DNA of 64,000 nucleotides, taken from positions 192,301-256,300 of the forward strand of contig CAZTUJ010000001.1 of the NCBI GenBank assembly GCA_964616855.1, written 5' to 3'. The notes under the pieces are model-generated. The model saw only the letters and a list, made by a program, of their open reading frames with translations, did not search any database and was not told where the DNA came from. The DNA comes from an uncultured Gammaproteobacteria bacterium (GTDB taxonomy: Bacteria; Patescibacteriota; Patescibacteriia; Patescibacteriales; UBA12465). Positions within the stretch are counted from its first letter, which is position 1, and each line of letters begins with the position of its first letter. Below, in pieces: positions 1-7,868 of the stretch. Made by a program: the position numbers and the translations under genes.

Positions 1-1548
1 TCAATCGATTGCGTTTTATTGTTAGTGGACGCACAGGAAGGGCCGATGCCGCAAACTAAATTTGTGCTCAAGAAATCTTTGGAATTAGGTTTAAAGCCGA
101 TTGTGGTGATTAATAAGATTGATAAGCCGGCGGCTCGTCCGGTGGAGGTGGTAGAAATGGTTTATGAATTATTTTTGGATTTAGGGGCTAGCGATGAACA
201 GTTAGATTTTCCGGTAATTTATGCCGCTTCTAAGCAGGGAATTGCCAAGAGGGAATTAGCGGATGAATCAGATAATCTTAGCCCACTTTTAGATTTGATT
301 TTAACTCATGTTGCTCCCGCTTCTTCGGCGGAGGCTTTTGCCAAACCCTTACTCGCTCAGCCTTTCAATCTTGCCTATGATAACTTTTTAGGTCGTTGCG
401 CTATTTGCCGGGTTTATGAAGGTAAAATTAAAGCGGCTCAGAATGTTTTTATTGAAAATTTGGATGGTCAAACTCGGGCACGAAAAACTACCAAGCTTTT
501 TACCTTTAAAGGTGTTGGTCGTCAGGAAGTAACGGAAGCGGAAGCAGGCGATATCGTGATGGTCGCCGGCCTGGCCGATATTTATATTGGTGAGACTATT
601 GCTGAGAGTGCTGATCAACCGGCTTTACCCGCGATTAAGATTGACGAACCGACTATTGCCTTGAATTTTTTAATTAATAACTCTCCTTTTGCCGGCCGGG
701 AAGGTAAATTTGTAACTAATCGCCAGTTAAAAGAACGTTTAGAAAAAGAATTGGAAGTAAACGTCGGTCTCAAGATTGATTTTTCGGAAACTAATTATTA
801 CCGCGTTTTCGGGCGGGGAGAATTACATATTGCCATTCTCTTAGAAAATCTTCGCCGTGAAGGTTATGAATTACAGGTTTCTCAGCCACAAGTAATTATT
901 AAGGAAGAGGAGGGCGTCAAAGTTGAGCCTTTTGAAGAAGTGACGATTGACGTGCCGGAAAATTTATCAGGCGTGGTGATTGAGAAAGTTTCTAAACGCC
1001 GCGGCCAGATGACTAACTTTAAAACCCATAACAGTCAGTCCCGTCTAACCTTTGCCATGCCCACTCGGGGTCTGCTTGGTTATCGCAACGAATTTATCGT
1101 TGATACTCGCGGTGAAGGCATCCTTTGTGCTCAAGTATTAGGCTTCCAGCCTTATGCCGGAGAGATTGATAAGAATGACTTAGGCTCCATGGTCTCAATG
1201 ATCACCGGCAAGGCTTTGGCATTTGCCCTTTGGAATTTACAGGAGCGGGGCGTCCTTTACATTGCTCCTAATACGGAAGTCTACGAAGGCATGGTTATTG
1301 GTAATGTGGCCAAAGGTAATGATTTAGCGGTTAACCCGATTAAGGGTAAACAGTTAACTAATGTCCGCGCCTCTGGCTCTGATGAAGCGATTCAGCTCAC
1401 CCCACCTGTGCCTTTGACGATTGAACTCGGCTTAGGCATCATGAATGCGGATGAATATTTAGAAATTACTCCTCATAATGTCCGTTTACGCAAGCAGTAT
1501 CTTACTGAGGTTGATCGCCAAAGAGCAAAAAGAGCCAAGACTGATTAA
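1..1548 (+). CDS. typA: TypA/BipA ribosome-associated GTPase, N-terminus cut by window edge
   Basis: Frame 1 is open from nt 1 (SIDCVLLLVDAQEGPMPQTKFVLKK). It has an NKxD G4 motif (VVINKIDKP), EF-Tu/EF-G-like middle domains and a BipA-type C-terminal region (ADEYLEITPHNVRLRK). TAA stop at 1546-1548. Confidence 0.9.
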   Translation, partial: SIDCVLLLVDAQEGPMPQTKFVLKKSLELGLKPIVVINKIDKPAARPVEVVEMVYELFLDLGASDEQLDFPVIYAASKQGIAKRELADESDNLSPLLDLILTHVAPASSAEAFAKPLLAQPFNLAYDNFLGRCAICRVYEGKIKAAQNVFIENLDGQTRARKTTKLFTFKGVGRQEVTEAEAGDIVMVAGLADIYIGETIAESADQPALPAIKIDEPTIALNFLINNSPFAGREGKFVTNRQLKERLEKELEVNVGLKIDFSETNYYRVFGRGELHIAILLENLRREGYELQVSQPQVIIKEEEGVKVEPFEEVTIDVPENLSGVVIEKVSKRRGQMTNFKTHNSQSRLTFAMPTRGLLGYRNEFIVDTRGEGILCAQVLGFQPYAGEIDKNDLGSMVSMITGKALAFALWNLQERGVLYIAPNTEVYEGMVIGNVAKGNDLAVNPIKGKQLTNVRASGSDEAIQLTPPVPLTIELGLGIMNADEYLEITPHNVRLRKQYLTEVDRQRAKRAKTD

Positions 1549-1565
1549 GTTTAGCAATAGAAATA

Positions 1566-1590
1566 AAAAGCCGTGAATAACGGCTTTTTT
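1566..1590 (+). terminator. Rho-independent terminator after typA
   Basis: Stem gccgt (1570-1574) pairs with acggc (1580-1584) around a 5-nt loop. It is flanked by an A-run and followed by a T6 tract (1585-1590). Confidence 0.75.
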
Positions 1591-1681
1591 GTATCATGTC
1601 AACATATTGCCCGACCGCCTGATAACGACTATAATATTATTAGAAACACCTATTAATTTTTATTTAAGATTATTGTTTTTT

Positions 1682-2545
1682 ATGTCTAATTTACCTTTAA
1701 TTGGTTTTATCGGTCAGGGCTTTATTGGCAAGAATTACGCTGATGATTTTGAGGCGCGTGGTTTTACAGTTATACGTTATTCCCAGGAAGAGCCTTATCT
1801 CGCTAACCGCGAACGGATTGCCATCTGCGATTTTGTCTTTATTGCCGTGCCCACCCCCACCACTCCCCAAGGTTTTAGTTCCGCTATTTTAGAAGAAGTC
1901 TTAGCTTTAGTTGGTCCCGGGAAGGTTGCTGTCATTAAATCCACTATTCTCCCCGGCACCTGTGCGTCTTTGCAAGAAAAATATCCTGATCGTTTTATTT
2001 TTCATAGTCCGGAATTTTTAACCGAAAAAACTGCTGCTTGGGACGCCGCGCACCCTAGTCGTAATATTGTCGGCTATCCCGTTGATGATGCTATCTATCG
2101 GGCTAAGGCCGAAGAAATTTTAGATCTCTTGCCGCCGGCACCACTGCGTCTGGCTTGCCGGGCCAAAGAAGCGGAGTTGGTTAAATATGCGGCCAATTGC
2201 TTTTTATTTTTGAAAGTTATTTATGCTAACATCCTTTATGATTTAGCCGCTAAGGAGGGTAGTGATTGGGAAAATATTAAAGCGGGAATGGCGGCTGATC
2301 CTCGGATTGGTGCCAGTCATCTTGATCCGGTGCATGCTTCCGGCACTAATATTCAGAGCGGCCGAGGCGCCGGTGGTCATTGCTTTGTTAAAGATTTTGC
2401 CGCTTTTTTAAACTATGCCCGTGACTGCGAATTAGATTTAGCCAGTATTGATTTCTTGGCAGCGGCGGAAGCAAAAAATCTTAGCCTTTTAAATACTAGC
2501 GGCAAAGACGCAGAAATTATTGCTAGCGTCTATGGTCAAAGTTAA
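1682..2545 (+). CDS. UDP-glucose/GDP-mannose dehydrogenase family protein, short form lacking the usual C-terminal domain
   Basis: ATG at 1682 (MSNLPLIGFIGQGFIG Rossmann start); the track ORF start at 1589 is an upstream extension. Family blocks are HSPEFLTEKTAAWD, AKEAELVKYAANCFL and the catalytic-Cys block GRGAGGHCFVKD. The protein ends about 45 aa after the Cys. Confidence 0.6.
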   Translation: MSNLPLIGFIGQGFIGKNYADDFEARGFTVIRYSQEEPYLANRERIAICDFVFIAVPTPTTPQGFSSAILEEVLALVGPGKVAVIKSTILPGTCASLQEKYPDRFIFHSPEFLTEKTAAWDAAHPSRNIVGYPVDDAIYRAKAEEILDLLPPAPLRLACRAKEAELVKYAANCFLFLKVIYANILYDLAAKEGSDWENIKAGMAADPRIGASHLDPVHASGTNIQSGRGAGGHCFVKDFAAFLNYARDCELDLASIDFLAAAEAKNLSLLNTSGKDAEIIASVYGQS

Positions 2546-2547
2546 TT

Positions 2548-3867
2548 TTGTTTTCTTTCATGTTGAATAAATTGTTAAAATTGATGACCAAAATTACTCC
2601 CGCCTCTTATCGTTGGCTGTGGGAGCATGATGGCTTTAAGCGTTATTTTTTTAATACCGGCTGGATGTTTGCGGGCCAAATTTTTGCTTTAATTTTGTCT
2701 TTTTTTATTGGCGCTTGGATGGCCCGCTATCTCGGTCCAGAAGATTACGGCACTATTAATTATGCCTTAGCTTTTGCCGGACTTTTTGGTTTTATTGCCA
2801 GCTTTGGTGTGGATAGTATTTTAGTGCGGGAATTAGTGAAGAGTCCGGAGAAAAAGGAAGAGTTACTGGGTACTAGTTTCGTTCTTAAGTTGTTAGGAGC
2901 CCTGATGGCCATTATTTTTACGGTTATTGCCACTTTCATGGTTGAACAAAGCTCCTTTAACCGGATTTTAATTATTATTTTCACGACTAGTTTTATTTTT
3001 CAGTCTTTGAACGTAGTTAGTGCTTTTTTTCAATCTCGAGTAGAAGCAAAAAATAATGTCTGGTCTCAAGTTGGCGCTGGTTTGCTTAGCAGCCTCCTTA
3101 AAATTGTCTTTATTCTTTCGGGGGCGGGCTTAGGGTGGTTGATGCTGATTTTTACCCTGGATGCCGCTTGGCAGTCTTTACTATTGGTCTTGATTTATCG
3201 CCGCCGCGGTTACCGCTTAGGTGCTTGGCGTCTTCGTTGGTCTTTGGCTAGGCAAATTGTCTCGACCTCTTGGCTCCTGATGTTGTCAGCGGCTGTTTCT
3301 TTTATTTTGTTAAGAATTGACCAGGTGATGATCGGCCAAATGTTGGGCACGGTTGAAGTCGGTCTGTATGCGGTGGCCGTTAAATTTGTTGAGGTCTGGT
3401 ATTTTTTACCAGGAATCATTTCCGCCTCTCTTTTTCCGGCAATTTTGAATGCAAAAAAAACTGATATTAATATTTATCGCCGGCGCTTATTTCATTTTTT
3501 TGTGTTTATGTTGGTCTTTTCTTTGGTGGTCGCTCTCGGGACCGTGGCTTTGTCTTATTACTTAGTGGTGGGTTTATTTGGAGTCGAGTATCTCCCGGCG
3601 GTGGCAGTGTTGAGAGTTTATGCTTGGTCAAGCGTGGGTTTATTTTTAAATTGGGCTTTTTATCAGCAATTAATTGCTGAAGACCGCTTATACCTTATCT
3701 TTTTTAGTAATTTTGCGGGCATGGCCCTGAATGTTTGTTTAAATTTTTTATTTATTGCCCGTTTCGGGATCATCGGGGCCGCTTGGGCGACGCTTATTTC
3801 TTATTTATTAGTGCCAGCGATTATTTTTTGGCATTTTCAGCGCGGCAATAAGTCGATTTCGTCTTAG
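2548..3867 (+). CDS. Wzx-like polysaccharide/oligosaccharide flippase (MOP/PST family)
   Basis: 439-aa polytopic membrane protein. The N-terminal FFNTGWMFAGQIFALILSFFIGAWMARYLGPEDYG and the repeated hydrophobic helices are typical of polysaccharide biosynthesis (Wzx) proteins. TTG at 2548 or ATG at 2560. Confidence 0.7.
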   Translation: MFSFMLNKLLKLMTKITPASYRWLWEHDGFKRYFFNTGWMFAGQIFALILSFFIGAWMARYLGPEDYGTINYALAFAGLFGFIASFGVDSILVRELVKSPEKKEELLGTSFVLKLLGALMAIIFTVIATFMVEQSSFNRILIIIFTTSFIFQSLNVVSAFFQSRVEAKNNVWSQVGAGLLSSLLKIVFILSGAGLGWLMLIFTLDAAWQSLLLVLIYRRRGYRLGAWRLRWSLARQIVSTSWLLMLSAAVSFILLRIDQVMIGQMLGTVEVGLYAVAVKFVEVWYFLPGIISASLFPAILNAKKTDINIYRRRLFHFFVFMLVFSLVVALGTVALSYYLVVGLFGVEYLPAVAVLRVYAWSSVGLFLNWAFYQQLIAEDRLYLIFFSNFAGMALNVCLNFLFIARFGIIGAAWATLISYLLVPAIIFWHFQRGNKSISS

Positions 3868-3891
3868 TCTAATTATTTTACTTTTATTTTT

Positions 3892-3922
3892 AAAAAGACC
3901 GACACTGATAGTCGGTCTTTTG
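3892..3922. terminator. Bidirectional hairpin terminator between convergent flippase and GT4 genes
   Basis: Stem agaccgac (3896-3903) pairs with gtcggtct (3911-3918) around a 7-nt loop, with an A5 run upstream and a T-run downstream. Confidence 0.75.
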
Positions 3923-3938
3923 GTACTTATCTAAAGAT

Positions 3939-5039
3939 TTAGCTGATATTTAAAATCTCTTGCAGGCGTCGACGGAAATGGGCGAGGGTATAGTATTGCT
4001 GATAGCGAGCTTGGCCGCGAGCACCCATGATATTCCGTAGTTCGGGGTCAGCAATGAGAGTGTTGAGAGCGCCCGCCAGCGCCTGGCTGTCGGCTGGTTG
4101 GACAGAGAGACCATTAATTCCATCTTGGCCAACTTCTTCAACGCTGGTTTGGAGATAGGTGTTAACTATGGCTTTGCCGGCGGCCATGGCTTCCAGTTGG
4201 ACTAAGCCGAAGGCTTCACTTTTCGCGGTGGAGGGAAAGAGAAAAATGTCAGCTGCTAAGAAGAAGGGGTGAAGGTGGGCCTGGGGTTTAATGATGGTGA
4301 TTTTATCTTCTAAATTATTATCTTTAATTAATTGACGTAAGTTTTTTTCTTCCGGACCAGTGCCGATAATTAATAATTTAGCCTTAACTTCCGTCATCGC
4401 TTTGATCGCGTAGCTGAGACCTTTATAATACACTAGGCGGCCAACGGCGAGGATGAGGCTCTCCCGCTGACTATATTTTTCTCTGATTAATTGGGCTTCA
4501 GCCTGATCGCCTTGGCTGTAGTCAATATCAACACCATAGGGTACGGCACGGCATTTATCGGCAAATTGGGAGAGCAGGGGGGAGTGTTTAATAAGATTAT
4601 TGCCGCTAGTAAGGATTAGTCCCGCTCTTTTCAAGCTGGCTTTTATTAAGGGCATGACCAAAATTTTGCTAATTTTTTGGCGGACGATATCGGCGTGGTA
4701 ATAGATAACTAATTTATGTTTGGGAATGAAGGGGCAGATTAGAGCGGCCAAGGGGAAGGGGTAGTGGATGATGATACGGTCATATTGTAAACAGAGACGG
4801 CAACTGAGCCGGAAAAAATCTAAAGACAAGGGCATGCCTAAGGCCTTTCCTAAAGAGGCCGCGCGATAGACTTTAACGCCGTTGATTATTTCTTCGCTTC
4901 GCCTTCCTTTTTCTTGGCAAGCTAAGACCGCTGTTTCATCACCAGCTTGGTCGCTAAATCCTTCGGCGATGTTTTGGACCACCGTTTCAATGCCGCCGAT
5001 TACCGGATAGTATAATTTATTTATCTGTAGAATTTTCAT
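3939..5039 (-). CDS. Glycosyltransferase family 4 (GT-B)
   Basis: N-terminal MKILQINKLYYPVIGGIE and the C-terminal GT4 signature FLFPSTAKSEAFGLVQLEAMAAGKAIVNT. Confidence 0.8.
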   Translation of the reverse strand: MKILQINKLYYPVIGGIETVVQNIAEGFSDQAGDETAVLACQEKGRRSEEIINGVKVYRAASLGKALGMPLSLDFFRLSCRLCLQYDRIIIHYPFPLAALICPFIPKHKLVIYYHADIVRQKISKILVMPLIKASLKRAGLILTSGNNLIKHSPLLSQFADKCRAVPYGVDIDYSQGDQAEAQLIREKYSQRESLILAVGRLVYYKGLSYAIKAMTEVKAKLLIIGTGPEEKNLRQLIKDNNLEDKITIIKPQAHLHPFFLAADIFLFPSTAKSEAFGLVQLEAMAAGKAIVNTYLQTSVEEVGQDGINGLSVQPADSQALAGALNTLIADPELRNIMGARGQARYQQYYTLAHFRRRLQEILNIS

Positions 5040-6111
5040 GGTGGTGAATGAGGTCTATTAATTGCTTGCTAGATTTTTCCCAGCTGAAACGACGAGCATT
5101 TATCTCCCCCTGGGCGACTAAACGAGCCGCCAGTTTCGGCTGATTAAGGAGTTGATTGATTTTATCATTTATATCACTGGGATTTCTGCCATCGAAGAAG
5201 AGAACGGAATCAGCCGCTACTTCTCTAAAGGCCGGAATATCGGAACAGAGTACTGGTATTTTAGAAATTTGGGCTTCTAAAATGGGAATACCGAAGCCTT
5301 CATACAGGGAGGGGAAAATTAAGGCCTGGGCGCCGGCTAAAAGGCGATATTTTTCCTGTTCGTCCACAAAGCCGGTGAATCTAATCCCGGGGCCGGCCAT
5401 GGCTACTAACTTTTCCATCTTCTTATCCATTTTGCCAATAATCAGTAATTCACAATCTTGGAATTTACCGTTAGCCTGGAGGCGGGCCTTAATTAGGCTG
5501 CTAAGATTTTTGCGGGCTCGGGCGTTACCAATGGCAACAAAATATGGCATATTAATCGGCTCTGAAGCTTCAGTGGGCTCCTGAGAGGCGGTGGGTAGGG
5601 TGGGCAAACCTCCGTAGATGACTTTGATTTTTTCCGCCTTGATGTGTAAATGTTGACTGAGCTCGCGGCGGGAGAATTCGGAAATGGTAACAATTTCTTG
5701 GGAAAAGTTTTTAGCAAAAAATAAACAGGCGCGCCAGTACATCTTTCCTGTCAGCGAGCTTTCATTTTTAAAGATAAACGGAGCGGCATCATAGAGGGCG
5801 ACAATTTTTTTAGAAAATAGCCAGGGTGAATCCAGCGACGGACAGAAGAGGAAATCAAATTTTTCTTTTTTCAATATTTGCGGGAGACGTAATTGTTGAT
5901 AACCAAAAAGGCGTAGGCGACTAGGCTTGGAGAAGTGCTTTACTTCAAGCTTAATATGACTAGGGAGAGACTGGAGAAAGGCGGCTGATTTTTCGTTAGC
6001 AAAAACCGTGATCTCGTCTTTGGTCTCTGGCCAAGCATGCAATAAGCCGGCAAGAAAACTCTCGATGCCTTGATAGCTGGTGTAGGGCAGGGCGTTGATG
6101 GCAATTTTCAT
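5017..6111 (-). CDS. Glycosyltransferase family 4 (GT-B)
   Basis: IFPSLYEGFGIPILEAQISKIPVLCSDIPAFREVA signature. The stop overlaps the downstream GT4 start by 23 nt. Confidence 0.8.
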   Translation of the reverse strand: MKIAINALPYTSYQGIESFLAGLLHAWPETKDEITVFANEKSAAFLQSLPSHIKLEVKHFSKPSRLRLFGYQQLRLPQILKKEKFDFLFCPSLDSPWLFSKKIVALYDAAPFIFKNESSLTGKMYWRACLFFAKNFSQEIVTISEFSRRELSQHLHIKAEKIKVIYGGLPTLPTASQEPTEASEPINMPYFVAIGNARARKNLSSLIKARLQANGKFQDCELLIIGKMDKKMEKLVAMAGPGIRFTGFVDEQEKYRLLAGAQALIFPSLYEGFGIPILEAQISKIPVLCSDIPAFREVAADSVLFFDGRNPSDINDKINQLLNQPKLAARLVAQGEINARRFSWEKSSKQLIDLIHHHENSTDK

Positions 6112-6941
6112 AAAGAAAAGTTTCTTATTTTCTCTTGGCAGAAGAGAAAAATAATATAAGGAAGGCGTAATATTTTAAGAAGAGCGGCTTGAGGGCGGCC
6201 ATGATGCTTGCGGAAATAATAATCTTGGGAACGATAATAGACTCGGCGTTTAGCTAGGCTCGGGGCTAAACTTTGTCCGCCGAGATGCACTAAGCTAGTA
6301 GAGAGACAGACGGCGACGCGATATTGCTGTTGCCAGGCGCGGCGGCAGAGATCAACATCTTCAAAGTAAAGGAAAAATTGTTCATCCCAGCCCTTTAAAT
6401 CCTTAAAGGTTTCTCGTTTAATCATTAAAGCACAGCCACTTACCCAATCAACCGCTAGATAGCTTGAATCAGGTTTTGGTTCTAGATTTTTTTGCTGTCG
6501 TTTAAAGATTAATTTTTTTAATTTCGGAAAATTACCAAAAGCGGCTTTTTGATAACTGCCATCAGGCAGAGCGAGTCTCGGGGAAATAATACCCAAAGTC
6601 TCGTCTTGGCGAAAAAGATGAAGACAGTCGCTCAGAATGTCGGCGCTAATGATGGTGTCGCTATTAAGAAAGAAAAGAAAATCACCTTGAGCAATAGCCG
6701 CCCCCTGATTGTTGGCACCGGCAAAGCCCAAGTTTTTCTGATTGGCAATTAATTTTATTTTTTCACCATATTTAGCCTGGATACCTTCGGTGCTACCGTC
6801 GGCGGAGGCGTTATCAATTATGATTACTTCTAAATCATTTGGCCAGAAGCCATTTTTTTCTCCTAAAGCAAAAAGACCGTCGAGACAATTTTCGGTCAGT
6901 TTCAGAGTCTTATAGTTAATTATAATTACGGAAAAGAGCAT
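6108..6941 (-). CDS. Glycosyltransferase family 2
   Basis: MLFSVIIINYKT..., IIIDNASADGS and FLNSDT (DxD-type) motifs. There is a 4-nt overlap with the downstream gene. Confidence 0.8.
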   Translation of the reverse strand: MLFSVIIINYKTLKLTENCLDGLFALGEKNGFWPNDLEVIIIDNASADGSTEGIQAKYGEKIKLIANQKNLGFAGANNQGAAIAQGDFLFFLNSDTIISADILSDCLHLFRQDETLGIISPRLALPDGSYQKAAFGNFPKLKKLIFKRQQKNLEPKPDSSYLAVDWVSGCALMIKRETFKDLKGWDEQFFLYFEDVDLCRRAWQQQYRVAVCLSTSLVHLGGQSLAPSLAKRRVYYRSQDYYFRKHHGRPQAALLKILRLPYIIFLFCQEKIRNFSL

Positions 6942-6946
6942 AGAGG

Positions 6947-7867
6947 CTAGAGACGTAGCATTCTTTTTACTAGGTTATAAAGATGTAATTTTCTTAAGGA
7001 TAAGGATAAAATAAGTTTGCTCAAGTCTTTAATCCTCAGTATTTTTCTAATTCTCACTTGACGCTCGAAGTCAGGCGGTAAAAATTCTTTGTTAGCAATA
7101 ATAATCTTACGATAGTAGTCTTTCCAGATTTGGTCATAGTAGAGAAAATGTTTAATCTTATTTTTTTTGCCCCAGGATTCATTATCGCCGCGGTTACGGA
7201 CAATTTGAGTAGCGATAATACCAGCACTGTATTCATGGTCAGCATAAAGTAAGAGGGAGGGCAGGGGAAATAAGTCTAAGGGCTTATTAAATTTTTCGAA
7301 GATGTAATAATTTTTTTGGAATAGGCTTCTTTTAATTAGCCAATTAGAGCAGAGAGTAAGATAATAATCGATGCTTGTATAAAATTTTGTGCTCAATAAA
7401 GAAAACAATTCTCGTCGATTTGTCGCTATAAAATCCTGGTCTAGCTGTAATAAATTTTTATATTCACGCGGACTTTCTCCTCTAAAACCCAGTAAGTTGC
7501 AGATAATTAAGTCGGTATTTTTATTTTTAATAAAATTTAGAATGGTTTGCAGAGCATTTTCTGATTGTAAGTCATCATCGGAAAATACCCAGATGTAGTC
7601 ACCATCAGCCAAAGAAGCAACTTTAATAATGCCGGGTACTAATTTTCGGGGTTGATCGTCTCGGATATATTGAATATTGCAAAAATTGTTTGTAAATTTT
7701 TCTGCCACCTCCGCGGTGTTGTCACTGCTTTGGTTGTCTAGAATAAAAATATTAACCGCGGCCATCACTTCTGGGTTTTGAAATTGACGGACAATACTCT
7801 CGAGACATTCATCCAAGAATCTGGCACGATTATAGGTGGGAATGCAGATGCTAATGACTGGTTTCAT
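6947..7867 (-). CDS. Glycosyltransferase family 2
   Basis: ISICIPTYNRARFLDECLESI, ILDNQSSDNT and VFSDDD motifs. Confidence 0.75.
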   Translation of the reverse strand: MKPVISICIPTYNRARFLDECLESIVRQFQNPEVMAAVNIFILDNQSSDNTAEVAEKFTNNFCNIQYIRDDQPRKLVPGIIKVASLADGDYIWVFSDDDLQSENALQTILNFIKNKNTDLIICNLLGFRGESPREYKNLLQLDQDFIATNRRELFSLLSTKFYTSIDYYLTLCSNWLIKRSLFQKNYYIFEKFNKPLDLFPLPSLLLYADHEYSAGIIATQIVRNRGDNESWGKKNKIKHFLYYDQIWKDYYRKIIIANKEFLPPDFERQVRIRKILRIKDLSKLILSLSLRKLHLYNLVKRMLRL

Positions 7868-7868
7868 A

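Noticed and set aside
388-618. 76-aa antisense ORF inside typA. The same pattern occurs at 2760-2984, 3210-3419, 3950-4141, 5156-5584, 5493-5717, 6549-6752, 7054-7245, 7389-7598, 8406-8594, 10530-10772, 11542-11739, 12201-12485 and 14207-14392.
   Set aside because: All of these lie entirely within, and mostly antisense to, long ORFs with clear family signatures. Their translations are low-complexity or Arg/Ser/Leu-rich with no recognisable motifs.
3453-3460. A8 homopolymer inside the flippase gene, and A9 at about 40067-40075 in proS, considered as phase-variation tracts.
   Set aside because: Both encode in-frame Lys runs in intact ORFs, and such runs are expected in AT-rich genomes. There is no evidence of a frameshifted variant in this sequence.
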